A stretch of 64,000 bases of DNA from Paraspadella gotoi (lineage: Eukaryota > Animalia > Chaetognatha): contig CM119265.1 in the NCBI GenBank assembly GCA_051294375.1, positions 24,347,861 through 24,411,860 on the forward strand. The letters are read 5' to 3'. Of the stretch, positions 51,508 through 64,000 are shown in pieces. Positions within the stretch are counted from its first letter, which is position 1; each line of letters begins with the position of its first letter. The notes beneath the pieces are model-generated. The model had not been told where the DNA came from, did not search any database, and was given only the letters and a program-made list of their open reading frames with translations. Made by a program: the position numbers and the translations under genes.

Positions 51508-52152
51508 TGTGGATTTGATCCAGTTCTTCGCTTTCCAAGTTGACGGAGTTGGGCAAATCGCCAAATAATATTATGAACAAACTTATCCTTAAACTAATAT
51601 ACAATTTAACAATAAATTGAATCAAAATAAAAGAGTCATCTCCCGGATTCGATCCCGGGAAAGATCATCCACAAACAGTGAATTAGAGTTCATCACCATC
51701 ACTGTAATTAATATAGATATTCCCTTTGTATTAATATTTATAGCATGTCATATTGATTATGTTGAACAAGAGAACATTATAACCTTATATTTTACTAGGG
51801 TACACTAGTAGTATTTTTAATAGTTCTCATTTCTGTTATATCATTTAGTTCTTAGTTCTTCTGGTAAAGAATTTGTTATCAACACTTACTGTCCATCACT
51901 ACAGTCTTGAATACTTATTCTAATTGTTAAGTTCATTGATTTATGTATTCCTTATTGATTGTTAGTATTATTTCCTTTTGCTTGTTTGTGCATATAGATA
52001 CTCTATGGAATTCTATGGAATATCTATATGCTTTGATTATTTATTAAGGTTGATTTTATAATGAACAAATAAATAAATTTTGTTCTTGGAAAACATTTTT
52101 ATCTTATGAACGAACTAGTGAGGCGCAGACGCACGTGGTGTCGTTCACCACA
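51508..52152 (+). repeat. 3' LTR, copy 1 (645 bp, TGTGG...CCACA)
   Basis: 5-bp terminal inverted repeat, follows the PPT, matches the 5' LTR. Confidence 0.92.
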
Positions 52153-52554
52153 TTCATCATCCAATCCATCCATCATCCATCCATCCATTACCATCCATCC
52201 ATCCATCCATCCTTTTCTCGAGGCGCCATATCNNNNNNNNNNNNNNNNNNNNNNNNNTCGGGTTTTGGCCCTCGATTCCAGTCGAGATCATCGTTTTGGT
52301 GCCACCGACTTTTATTGCGAGTTTTCTCCAACGCCTCTCGAAACAAAAGGACCCCTCGTTGGCTCCAGCGCCTCTCGCAATGTCGATAATTCTGTCTCTG
52401 TCTCTATCTCACACTCGGTCTTCGCGCGGGTTATTTCGTCCCGGATTCTGCTCTTTTCCAATCGGACGCAGTTTTTTAGGTCGGTCAGTCCGTCCGTCCG
52501 TCCGTCAGTTTTAAGATTATTAGAAAAACTGTAATTTTCAAATTATGTACTGAA

Positions 52555-52685
52555 CTGAAATTGGTACAACCAATGTAATTTTTTTTTTCAATAAACAAGC
52601 TATCTTGTCGCTGACTTATGAGTTTAGACAGGCTAAAATTGCTATGATTTATACTGGCTACAATCTTTCTCACTTGTAGATAATA
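52555..52685 (+). repeat. Dispersed ~300-bp repeat family, partial copy cut by the duplication junction (also at 58955-59110)
   Basis: AATTGGTACAACCAATG...AATAAACAAGCTATCTTG. Confidence 0.65.
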
Positions 52686-53541
52686 AAATTCAAAATAAAA
52701 GAGTCATCTCCCGGATTCGATCCGGGAAAGATCATCCACAAACAGTGAATTAGAGTTCATCACCATCACTGTAATTAAATATAGATATTCCCTTTGTATT
52801 ATTATTATAGCATGTCATATTGATTATGTTGAACAAGAGAACATTATAACCTTATATTTTACTAGGGTACACTAGTAGTATTTTAATAGTTCTCATTTCT
52901 GTTATATCATTTAGTTCTTAGTTCTTCTGGTAAAGAATTTGTTATCAACACTTACTGTCCATCACTACAGTTTGAATACTTATTCTAATGTTAAGTTTCA
53001 TTGATTTTATGTATTCCTTATTGATTGTTAGTATTATTTCCTTTTGCTTGTTTGTGCATATAGATACTCTATGGAATTCTATGGAATATCTATATGCTTT
53101 GATTATTTTATTAAGGTTGATTTTATAAATGAACAAATAAATAATTTTGTTCTTGGAAAACATTTTTATCTTATGAACGAACTAGTGAGGCGCAGACGCA
53201 CGTGGTGGTCGTTCACCACATTGGTCAGCCCGACTACGAACTTTCAAAGCCTCTTGAGCACCGCTCGAGACGCTCACCAACCTTCCCACGAGTCAGATAT
53301 AGCGCAGACGACGCCAGGATTCAACGCCAGACGCTCGCGCAGCCCAAACAGATGCCGCTGCAGATTCAGGCGTCACACAAGGTCCCAAGCCACTTCACTC
53401 AACGTCCCGCCCTCAATTGCCGCGGTCGACGTTCCCATCACCAAGCATTGCTGACGAGGAAGTCGAAGCGCCCGTCAAACGACGCCACAAACTCCAAGAA
53501 TCTTACTTTTCCCCTCGGCCGACATAGACGCGCCTTCAACC

Positions 53542-54464
53542 ATGGAGCAGCCCGCCAACGCAGACGGAAGTCGAGGCACTCGAGCGGCGCTGGACGCCGC
53601 CATGGCCGCCACGCGCGCCGCCAGGAGGCGCTCTCGAGATCTGAAAAGCCCAAGAAACCAGACCTGCCACCTTTCGACCGTGACAATATCGAAATATGGA
53701 TAAGACGCGTCGAGTCCGCGTATACGCGAGCGAGAGTCGTCACTGCCAAGGATAAATTCGCCTTCTTGGAGGCGAAGATTTCAGTCGACGTCGACCCGCG
53801 TATCAAACGCGTTTCTTACGGAGATCCGTCAGAGGAGAGGTGGACGGCCTTCATCGAATATCTTCTTTCCGAATATGGCTTGACGAAACGCCAACAAGCA
53901 GAAACACTTCTTGATGCCAAGGTTGCCGCGACGACATGCGACCGTCGCAACACCTCGCCGTTTAGTAGAGAAATCATCGACGGTAAATATTCGACGACAT
54001 CAGGAAGGAGCTGGTCATTAGAGACTTCCTCCGGCAAGTCAAGGCAAGCGTCATCGATCGCGCCGAATCATCGACAGCTGCGGAGCTGGCTGCCATGCCG
54101 ACAGACATTTCGACGCAACAGGGAAGCCTTTGTACAAGAGCGCGCCTCGTCGATCAATCTTGTTACGTGCGACGACGAGCCTTCTTTCTCTAGCGACGAC
54201 GATGAGCGCATCGAAATCAAGCGCAGTAAATCAACGCCGTGAGCGACCTTTCTCTTCCACCAGATGGAACCGCGCCTCTGGCGCCACTCGAGCGCCAACT
54301 CAAAAACCAGAAGGCGCCGGTTCATCGAGGTTAAAGCAGATTTTTGCCAGTTCCACCTGAAGTTCGGAGACTCCGCCTACGTTGTGAAAAGGGTTGCACA
54401 CGTTATGGGGAAAAACGCGCCACAAAAGCCGGGAAACGGCCAGGCGGGGAAGGCGCAGGTGAAC
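53542..54464 (+). pseudogene. gag: gag, copy 2
   Basis: Identical to copy 1, with the CHCC motif at 54345-54397. Confidence 0.85.
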
Positions 54465-57400
54465 GCCGTCCCCCGCCAAACAATAATTCGCCACACGATT
54501 CTACCTTCTCCACTCGTCGATGCCAGCGATGGGCGAGCCTGGTTGATAGACGGAGGCGCAATGCTCTCCCTAATCCCACCAACGCCCGAACCAACGCGCC
54601 GCTGGTCCTTCCGGTCCGCAATTGCAGGCCGCGAATGGGACGCCAATCACCTGTTTCGGCACTACAACGAGAAATATCACACTCGGCCAAGACGTTTCCC
54701 GTTCGACAGTTTTAAATTGCTGACGTCACGCAAAGTATTTTGGGCGCCGATTTTTTGGCACAATACTTCCTCGCCCCAACCACCGCGATGGCCTACTTCT
54801 CGATCTCAAAGACTACTCGACAATCACCTGCGCCCGAGCGTACGGCCAATCGGTTTCCCACGTCCATTTCGCGGGCCAGGACAGTCAATTTTATCAATTG
54901 CTGGACCGCTACCCGACCCTTTGTACGCCGACTTTCGAGATCAAGGAGCCCAAACATGGAATCCGCCACTACATCGCGACACAAGGACGCCCATGTCAGG
55001 CTCGTGCCCGCCGCCTGTCGCCTGAAAAGTTAGCAGTGGCCAAGGCCGAATTGGACAAAATGGTAGAGCTCGGAGTGGCAGTCCGGGCAAAGAGTCCATG
55101 GTCCTCGCCCCTCCACTGCGTCCCGAAAGGAGACGGAGGATGGCGAGTCTGCGGTGATTACCGGCCAGCTTAACGCACAGACCATCCCAGATCGTTATCC
55201 AGTGAAATTGTTGGCGGATTTCACGCCCATTGGCAGGCAAAAAGGTATTCTCCAAGATCGACCTCTTGAAAGGTTACCACCGATCCCGGTGGCGCCTGAG
55301 GATGTACCCAAGACGCCGTCATTACACCTTTTGGCCTCTACGTTTTTCCTGCGGACCCCTTTTGGTTTAAAAAACGCAGGACAAGACTTCCAGCGTCTCA
55401 TGGACGAAATACTCGGAGGCATGCCCGTGTATATGTTACCTCGATGACATACTGGTCGCGAGTGAGGATGACGATCAACATGCAAGGATCTGGAGGAGGT
55501 GTTCGAGGCGCTGCAGGAGAACGGCCTAGTCATCATAGGAAGAAATGCATCCTCGGCCCAAGAATCTCTAGAGTTCCTTGGATATCACGTCGACGCGAGC
55601 GGAGTGAAGCCACTCCCCACCGTGTCGACGCCCTTCCGAAGACTGCCGCACCACGACCGTCAAGGAGTTACACGTTTCCTCGGGATGATAAACTACTACC
55701 GGACGTTTCATCCCGAGGGTGGCGCATCACGCGACGCCTCTTTACGATGCCTCAAAGGAAGCCGCGCCGTTTAGAGTGGACGCCGAGTTGTCAACGCGGC
55801 ATTTGACGCCGTCAAGGAGCTTTAGCGAACGCCGTCCTCCTTCGCCATCCAAAAACCGGCGCCGCCATCTCACTCACAACGACGCATCCGACCACGCCAT
55901 AGGAGCCGTCCTGGAGCAGCGCGGGCAAAAGGCTGGGAGCCCTTGGCCTTTTTCTCGGCCAAGGCTGAGCGATGCCCAAAGGAAATGGCCACCTCGATAG
56001 GGAGCTATATGGCGCCTTCCGAGCCGTCAGGCATTTCCGACCATGGCTGGAGGGTCGTACATTCGTCTTATATACAGATCACATGAGTCTGATCACGCCC
56101 TCACAAAAGACGGAACCTCAAACGGCCCGCCAGACATTTCAACTCTCGGCCATCTCGGAATATACTACAGATATTCGACATGTCGAGGGCAAGGCAAATG
56201 TCGTGGCCACGCCCTCTCGCGCCCTAACTCAAGGCTCCGACATCTCCAGCAGACCATTGAGTGCCGAGAAGTCGGAACACCTCTCCCTTGTTGTCGCCGC
56301 CATTCAGCATCAAGGCGTCGACCTTCGCGAGATGGCGCGCCAACAGCCATTAGATCGAGATTTCCGTCGCTCTCGCAAGATCCCGCCACGGGGCTCCATT
56401 TCAGACGGATCCAGCTTGGTGACGATTCCATCTTCGTTTGACATCTCCAATGGCCCGCCAAGGCCGTTCGTGCCAGAGGCCTGGCGCCGAAAAGTTTTTC
56501 AGACAATTCATGATCTTGGCCACCCAGCATCGCGAGGACGCGAGACGCTGTGGCTGAAAATTTGTCTGGCCATCGATGGCGCGGCACGTAACGCGTTGGG
56601 CACGTGAGTGTATCGCTTGCCAGCGCGCTAAGGTGACGCGCCACGTCATTTCCGGAAATTGGCGATTTCGCAGTGCCGGCCACGTCGTTTCCAGCATGTG
56701 CACGTGGACCTCGGTCAAAATGCCCTCTTCAAATGGTTTCACGTACCTCCTCACCGCCGTCGACAGATTTACGAGATGGCCGATGGCGGTGCCATCAAGG
56801 GATTACAGCAACCACCGTCGCTGATACTTTGCACATCAATTGGGTCGCATCTTTCGGCATCCCTGCCGAAATCACTACAGATCGTGGCTCGCAATTTTCA
56901 TCAACAATCTGGCGACAGCTCGCCAAAACGTGGGATTGCCAGCTGCGTTAACTACAGCTTACATCCAGAAGCAAATGGATTGGTGGAGCGATTCCATCGC
57001 CGACTAAAGGAATCACTCATTGCAATCTCCACAGACGACCCAGCGGCTGGTATTGGAGACTTCCTCGGCCCTCCTTGCAATTCGAACCACCATCAAACCG
57101 GATGTGGACGCCTCCCCAGCCAGTTGGTCTACGGAGACGCCTCACCGTGCCCGGCGACATCCTGGGACGAGCCAATCTGAGGCGGAAGAGCGGGAAGCTC
57201 GTCGACGCCTTAGAGACGAACTCCGAGTCGAAGTCGAGCGGCTCCAGCCGGCGGCCACCCAGCAGGCATCGAAGACCTCGGGTGCACCTTCCGGACAGCC
57301 TCGCGACATGCACGCACGTCTTCATCCGGCGCGCGGCGGCACAACCGTCTCTCACTGCACCATACGAAGGTCCTTTCCGCGTTACAGCAAGAGACAATCA

Positions 57401-57845
57401 AAATTTTAAAATTGACATTCCGGGTAGAGGCATCGAGACCGTCGCCATAGCCCGCGTCAAACCGGCTAACGTCGACAACGATGAAGACGGCGACGCTGCC
57501 CCAAGATGAAGCTAGACCGTCCCCGAGCCCGTGGAGGTCCGAACCGGCCGGTCACCTCCTCCCAGTTCGTCGACGCCGTCGCCGTCCCCGGCAACCGAGC
57601 AACGGCGCCATAATGATGAGCAAATTGAACCACTTCCGGCCACGCCCATCTTAGCACCAACGTCTCCTCGAGCTCCACCCTCGCCAGAGCCACCTCGCGA
57701 GGCCCCTACGCCGCGCAACGCCGTCGTTCGGCCTCGGCCATTTCTCGAGCCAAGCCAGCAGACGCCTGTTGCCGCCCGAGCGCCAATAGCGGCGACACGC
57801 CCAAATTACGGCGCGGTGGTTACGACACATCCTTCAGCAAAATGA
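54434..57845 (+). pseudogene. pol: pol, copy 2
   Basis: Same motifs and the same frameshifts as copy 1; YLDD at 55437. Confidence 0.92.
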
Positions 57846-59654
57846 TACAACTAAGCCCAACAGTGAAGAAATTGTCTCCATCGTCTCCAACGGTTTCCTC
57901 GTCAGGGGGGATGTGGATTTGATCCAGTTCTTCGCTTTCCAAGTTGACGGAGTTGGGCAAATCGCCAAATAATATTATGAACAAACTTATCCTTAAACTA
58001 ATATACAATTTAACAATAAATTGAATCAAAATAAAAGAGTCATCTCCCGGATTCGATCCCGGGAAAGATCATCCACAAACAGTGAATTAGAGTTCATCAC
58101 CATCACTGTAATTAATATAGATATTCCCTTTGTATTAATATTTATAGCATGTCATATTGATTATGTTGAACAAGAGAACATTATAACCTTATATTTTACT
58201 AGGGTACACTAGTAGTATTTTTAATAGTTCTCATTTCTGTTATATCATTTAGTTCTTAGTTCTTCTGGTAAAGAATTTGTTATCAACACTTACTGTCCAT
58301 CACTACAGTCTTGAATACTTATTCTAATTGTTAAGTTCATTGATTTATGTATTCCTTATTGATTGTTAGTATTATTTCCTTTTGCTTGTTTGTGCATATA
58401 GATACTCTATGGAATTCTATGGAATATCTATATGCTTTGATTATTTATTAAGGTTGATTTTATAATGAACAAATAAATAAATTTTGTTCTTGGAAAACAT
58501 TTTTATCTTATGAACGAACTAGTGAGGCGCAGACGCACGTGGTGTCGTTCACCACATTCATCATCTCACATCCCATCCATCCATCCATCCATCCATATCC
58601 ATCCATCACATCCTCCATCCATCCTCCTCCATCTTCCTTTCTGAGGGCGCCATATCGGGTTTTGGCCTCGATTCAGTCGAGGATCATCGTTTGGTGCCAC
58701 CGACTTTTAATTGCGAGTTTTCTCCAACGCCTCTCGAAACAAAAGGACCCTCTCGTGGCTCCAGCGCCTCTCGCAATGTCGATAATTCTGTCTCTGTCTC
58801 TTCTCCACTCGGTCTTCGCAGCGGGTTATTTTCGTCCGGATTCTGCTCTTTCCAATCGACGCAGTTTTTTAGCGGTCGGTCAGTCCGTCCGTCCGTCCGG
58901 TCAGTTTTAAGATTATTTAGAAAAACTGTAATTTTAAATTATGTACTGAACTAGAATTGGTACAACCAATGTAATTTTTTTTTCAATAAACAAGCTAATC
59001 TTGTCGCTGACTCTTATGAGTTTAGACAGGCTAAATTGCTATGATTTATACTGGCTACCAATCTTTCTCACTTGTAGATAATAGCATAACAAGCCCCTAT
59101 AAGTTGTTCCAAACTTANNNNNNNNNNNNNNNNNNNNNNNNNTATTTTATTAAAAGAGTATTAAACGCAAAATACGAAACTGCTATTAATAGAATGATGG
59201 GAAACCTTCATTGTTTTTCTTTTTCGTCGAGGCTAAATGTTTTCATTCATTCAACTGTTTTTCCCCCAGAGTCAATTGGTAAATATATTATATATATTAA
59301 AAAAATATTAATGTCGCATATAATATAGTATATAAATTTTTTTTCACGAAGTCTATTGAGTATCGTATTCGTGACTTCGCGAAATCCAGAGTCCATGAAA
59401 AATCTATGGTGAGAAAAGAAAAAAGAGAAACTAAGATTGAAAAGGAGAAAGATACGTCATTCGACCTCGTCATTAATGCACGCGCCGAGCGAGTCTCCAT
59501 TTACGAAAAAAAAAGACCATCTACGGCGAAAGAGGATGAAATGTGTCCCGCATCATTAAGACGAATGTCGGCCGCTTTGACTCCCGCTGTAAGAAGAGCA
59601 TCGACGGTAGAAATACATCTGAGGTTATATATCTTATAATATCTTATAATATAT

Positions 59655-59910
59655 ATTAAGGGAGTGGTATTTTCATTCAACTGAAACATTCTTTGAAACA
59701 TTATACCATTTCATTGATAGGGAAGCCAGGTACTCTGGGAGTGAATAAACGAGACTGTGAGAGAGTCTTGTAGGGACCTGCTATGTCATTATCTTGTAAG
59801 AGTGATGGAGGCCTTAAACCGCCAAAGCCTGTCCAAAGTCAGGGGCAAGATAGCTTATTTATTAAATGAATAGATAATTTTTATATTGGTTGTACCAATT
59901 TCATATAAAT
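59655..59910 (-). repeat. Dispersed ~300-bp repeat family, copy
   Basis: Matches 17400-17560 directly and 44935-45210 inverted. Confidence 0.8.
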
Positions 59911-59969
59911 TTAAATTATTTTTAATAATGAAAACAAAATACGGCGTCACAAAAGCGAAAGAAAAATAC

Positions 59970-60155
59970 ACCTTATTTTTTTTCAAAGCGACGCATTTGT
60001 TCTTAAATTCGAAATTATATTAGTTATTAGGGAGAGTATTAGGTTGGTGATTAAGTTAAGGATTAAACTTAGGGATTAGGTTAGTGGATAGAGTTAGGGA
60101 TTAGGGTTAGGGACAAGGGTGAAGATGATTATGATTTGGGGTTTAGGTTAAGCCC
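59970..60155. mobile_element. MITE-like element with (TTAGGG)-like interior (copy 3, one end only)
   Basis: CCTTATTTTTTTTCAAAGCGACGCATTTGTTCTTAAATTCG resembles the termini of copies 1 and 2, followed by TTAGGG-like units. Confidence 0.45.
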
Positions 60156-60479
60156 TTTAAGAGGACGGAGCAGGACGCCGTCTCTCTGTCAGCTGCGACA
60201 CTGCTCCGTGCTGCTGTCTCTCACTCACGAATTTGTTATAGTCGACATTTTCATCGATTATTCAATTACATACGGGTGTATATTTGTCTGAACCGATTAC
60301 AACATCCGGGGATTTCCGTCTGACCTTTTCCTTATTCCAACAGTTTTAATTCGTGAAATCATTTCGTTTTTTCTCATAATAAGTGCGATTGTTTTTCAAC
60401 TGTGACCAACTCTGCGCTCATGACCTTTAATAATTTTCCTAGGCTTTTCTCTTTGTTCCACAGTAATTTTTATAACATT

Positions 60480-60790
60480 ATCGTCCACTATGTCCCTCTT
60501 CGCCTAAATGTCCTACTATTTCACTATTCTCCTCAATATACTACTATGTTCTTCATTGCCTCAATGTCCTACTATGTTCTCATTGTCCCACTATGTCCTC
60601 ATTCTCCTCAATGTTCCACTATGTTCTCATTCTTCTCGTTGTCCCACTAAGTCATCGTTCTCCTCATTGTCCCACTATCTCCTCCTTCTCTTCATTGTCC
60701 CACTATGTCCTCCTTCTCTCTATTGTCCCACTATGTCCTCCTTCTCCTGATTGTCCCACTATGTCCTCTATTCTCAATGTCCTCATTTCA
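60480..60790. repeat. ~28-bp minisatellite (ATTGTCCCACTATGTCCTCCTTCTC..)
   Basis: About 10 degenerate copies. Confidence 0.85.
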
Positions 60791-60876
60791 GTTTCTTCTT
60801 CATCTCCCATTATTTTTTACGGCAAAATTCTCTCCTCCTTTTTATTTCTTTCTAATGTCGCTCATATTTTGCTCAA

Positions 60877-60958
<82 letters not shown>

Positions 60959-61675
60959 AATTTTTTTTTGGAAGGCCACAGAGTTCAACATACGACGATT
61001 TGATTTTTTAGTTATAATATTGACAGATATAATTGAACATTATCCTTTTAATTTCGTTATATCCAACGGGAGTAGTTAATGTAGTTATTGTCTAAATCTA
61101 ATAACACAATTATCTACGGCCAAAGCTGTAATAAAATCAATCTAAATCTTATTTTAAAAACTAACTTTGATAACGTTTCTTACTATCATATTCAATTATT
61201 CATTCGATAATGTATATTGTATTATCTAAAAAAAAACTTGCCTTTTTTACGCCTCTTAAAATAAAGATTTCATGCTTGAAATCCATCGCTCAACTGTCGT
61301 TGTTGTTGTTGTCATCCTTTCTCTCTCTTCCCGCCTCAAAACAAACGAAACGCCTCCTTCACTTCCAAGACAGAAAAAAAAAAGTTTTTGATTAAAAATT
61401 TCATTAGCCACATTTTTTTTATTATTTCAACCTCAAAAAGGAGAAAAATGTTGAAGGAAGAAAAAACAGGAATTTCTTCTGATGTTTTGAGAAAAACGAA
61501 AGAGATTTTTTCGTGACGCGACGAGTTTTTATATCGGAGTTGGTTGTCGTCGTTGTTGTTGTTGTTGTTGTCGTTCTTGTTGTGGTATTTGCCGTTGTCA
61601 TGGTAGTTTATGTATTTTTTGGTGACGTGCTTATTTCCTTTTCATTGTTGTTTTTGTTTTTTGCTTTCTCCATCA

Positions 61676-61843
61676 TTAATTGGCACAACCAATATAAAAA
61701 TTATTAACTCATTCATTAAAACAAGCCATCTTGCCTTTAACTTTGGACAGAGTACGGAGGGTCCCTCTTACAAGCTAATAACATAAGGAGACACTACAAG
61801 CTTTCAATCAAAGTTACCAACTCCCAGGGTTCTTGCTTATACA
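61676..61843 (+). repeat. Dispersed ~300-bp repeat family, copy interrupted by the palindromic MITE
   Basis: AATTGGCACAACCAATAT...CAAGCCATCTTGCC...CTTTGGACAG...CTCCCAGGGTTCTTGCTT. Confidence 0.65.
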
Positions 61844-61847
61844 TTAA

Positions 61848-62453
61848 GGCGTAGTGAAAGTTACGTACGAAAATTCTAAAGGTCAATTATGAACAACATA
61901 CCATCAGTAAACATTAATTTGTAAAAAAAATTAATTTTATGTTTTTTAATTTTCGCAGTAGGCTATATTTATATATAGTACTATCCTTATAAAATCGAAA
62001 AATTTCAAAATAGGCTTTTCTTAATTTTAATTGCAGATTTGAATTCCTCGTCAAAAGTTGATAAAAGAAAATATAAATTATTTTTAAAAATTCTTTCATT
62101 AAGTGGGTTAAAAATTACAAAAACTATATTTAATATATAAAAAGTTGATTTTCAGCTTAAAATATAGCTTTTTCTAATTTTTGACCCACTTAATGAAGGA
62201 ATTTTTTAAAAAGAGTTATATTTCTTTTTATCAACTTTTTATGACGAATCCAAATCTGCAAAAAAATCTTAGAAAAAACTGTTTTGAAATTTTAACATTT
62301 ATTGGATTAGTACTAGTATAAATATGGCCTACTGCGTAAATTGAAAAATTTATTATAAATTTTTTTTATACATAAATGTTCATTAGTATAATGTTGTTCT
62401 TTCCTCACTTTTAGAATTTTAATTAAAGTTAAATTTAGAAATTTTACTACGCC
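61848..62453. mobile_element. Palindromic (foldback) MITE, Kolobok-like
   Basis: TTAA|GGCGTAGTGAAA...TTTTACTACGCC|TTAT. The arms are reverse-complementary over ~290 bp (e.g. CGCAGTAGGC/GCCTACTGCG, TTCATTAAGTGGGT/ACCCACTTAATGAA). Confidence 0.75.
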
Positions 62454-63799
62454 TTATTATACATGTCTGTTCAAAATAAAAGGAGTTTTTTCCTTTAAGC
62501 TATCGTTGCTGTATTTATCGTTTTAGAGTTTCTAGAGTCATTGGTTCTTGTCGCCTGGTTCTTGTCATTGGTTCTTGTCTTGTTCTTGTTCTTGTTCTTG
62601 TTCTTGTCATTGGTTCTTGTCGCCTCTCAGTTGTCCTCGTATTGTGAAGCCGATCTCCAAGACCCCGATCCGTGACTCGGGGATGAGGAGGAGGGGACGA
62701 CGAGAGGAGGAGGAGGAGGAGGAGACGTTGAGAGGAGGAAGAGAAGACCCGGGGGAGAGAAAGGTTCTGTCGGCAGGGGGAGCCTCTGTCTTTGTCATTC
62801 TCTTATTGTCTCAGAAAAGCCATCACAATGACAAATAGAACGTCTTTGGTAAAAATAAAAAAATTAAAACTTTTTTTTATTGTAATCTCCAAGAGGATCT
62901 GATTGCTTTAATCAAATATTCATTAAAACGTCAATCATTATTTTTTTTTTCTTCCCTCAAAACCATGAATTTCATTCCGCGTCTTATTTTCTTTCTAGTT
63001 GAACCTTTTTTTTTCGTGAAAGGATATTTTATCCTCAGGAGCGCATTTTTTGACGCTTTTTAACTATTTTATATCTAAGACTTCCATCCACAGATATATT
63101 AAAAAAAAAAATTTAATAATTAGTTTTTAAAAAAATTAAATAAAGTACATGTATTTTGTTCAATGTGTAACTTGTTTAATTTTTAAATTGTGAATTATTT
63201 GAACGACGATGATGACAATCACATTGTCACCCAAATAAATGATCACAATCACATTCACATTAAATAAATGGTCTCGCTTTTTGAAAATGAAAGAAACAAG
63301 GAAGACGAAAATGAAAAAGTGAACTAATAAAAAAAGTAAGACAAAGGTAGACTGTGATGACGATGACGATGACGACAATGATGACAAGATCAACGATGAC
63401 GAAGATGACGATGACCACAACGACGCATAAGGGAGAGAATAAACAATGAAGGATAAAAACGACAACCTAAACGACGACAATGATGACGACGATAACGACA
63501 ACGCTGACGACGACTATGACGACGACAATTAAGGACAAATATGACAATCAAAACGACAACTATGACAGTGACGACCAAAGTGACGACGAAAGCGATGACA
63601 GAGACAAATACAACGAGAATGATGTCTAAGAAAGATGAGAAAACGACGACGANNNNNNNNNNGACGACGACGACGAGTTCAACGACGACATCCCTCGGCG
63701 AGACCCGACCTTTCACGCTTCGTCGCTCACCAGATGATCACGTGGGAGAGACTCACTTGGTTCTGTAACGTCAAGCACCCAAAGCTCAGATGGCGCACC

Positions 63800-63907
63800 T
63801 TAAGCCTTTGTAGTGAAAGCAATGGCTCACGGTTAGGCTTTGTAGTGAAAGCATGGCTCACAGTTAGGCTTTGTAGTGAAAGCATGACTCACAGTTAGGC
63901 TTTGTAG
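63800..63907. repeat. 31-bp tandem repeat (AGGCTTTGTAGTGAAAGCATGGCTCACAGTT)
   Basis: About 3.5 copies. Confidence 0.9.
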
Positions 63908-64000
63908 TATACATATGGCGCACCATAACTCTTAGTTCTGCACACATGGTGGACCTAAAGCGTTAATAGTTTATCCAATGTTACGCACAAAGCGGTCGTG

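Larger units (their letters stand above)
46282..52152 (+). mobile_element. Ty3/Gypsy LTR retrotransposon, CsRN1/Kabuki-like (copy 1)
   Basis: LTR-PBS-gag(CHCC)-PR-RT-RH-IN(GPF)-PPT-LTR. RT-RH-IN order defines Ty3/Gypsy. Confidence 0.95.
52686..58556 (+). mobile_element. Ty3/Gypsy LTR retrotransposon (copy 2, offset +6404)
   Basis: All ORF-track entries repeat identically at +6404. 5' LTR 52686-53220, PBS 53222, PPT 57904-57911, 3' LTR 57912-58556. Confidence 0.95.

Noticed and set aside
52258-52470. GC-richer stretch (also 58640-58865, 59360-59630, 23900-24010, 38840-39290) as host exons
   Set aside because: No convincing splice pairs or recognisable peptide, and indel noise prevents frame assignment. 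RNA-seq is needed.
63764-64000. TGTAACG start plus 31-bp repeats as the beginning of another LTR
   Set aside because: The window ends before a CA terminus, PBS or second copy can be seen.

Overview
Repeat-dense eukaryotic DNA, probably from an invertebrate. It is AT-rich, CpG is not obviously depleted, and (AG)n, (GAC)n, (CAT)n and (TTTC)n microsatellites are abundant. The assembly is a draft with nine N-gaps and many single-base indels. No host protein-coding gene is recognisable, and almost all ORFs in the track are microsatellite translations. The only real coding sequence is a Ty3/Gypsy LTR retrotransposon of CsRN1/Kabuki type (CHCC gag knuckle, PR-RT-RH-IN, tRNA-Trp-like PBS, PPT, ~645-bp TG..CA LTRs, a GGGAAAC -1 frameshift signal). 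It is present twice in tandem at an offset of 6404 bp, very probably an assembly duplication. Region 5122-12350 is an inverted second copy of 13560-17418. Comparing the two copies exposes two filled/empty insertion pairs: a ~3.2-kb non-autonomous hAT-like element with ~480-bp TIRs, and a 279-bp TG..CA solo-LTR-like element carrying a tRNA-like Pol III cassette. Also present are a Helentron/HINE-like element, a Kolobok-like palindromic MITE, a MITE family with telomere-like internal repeats, a ~300-bp dispersed repeat family and several minisatellites. Everything found is mobile DNA, repeat or artefact. I cannot support a claim of a new biological system, although several elements may be undescribed families.
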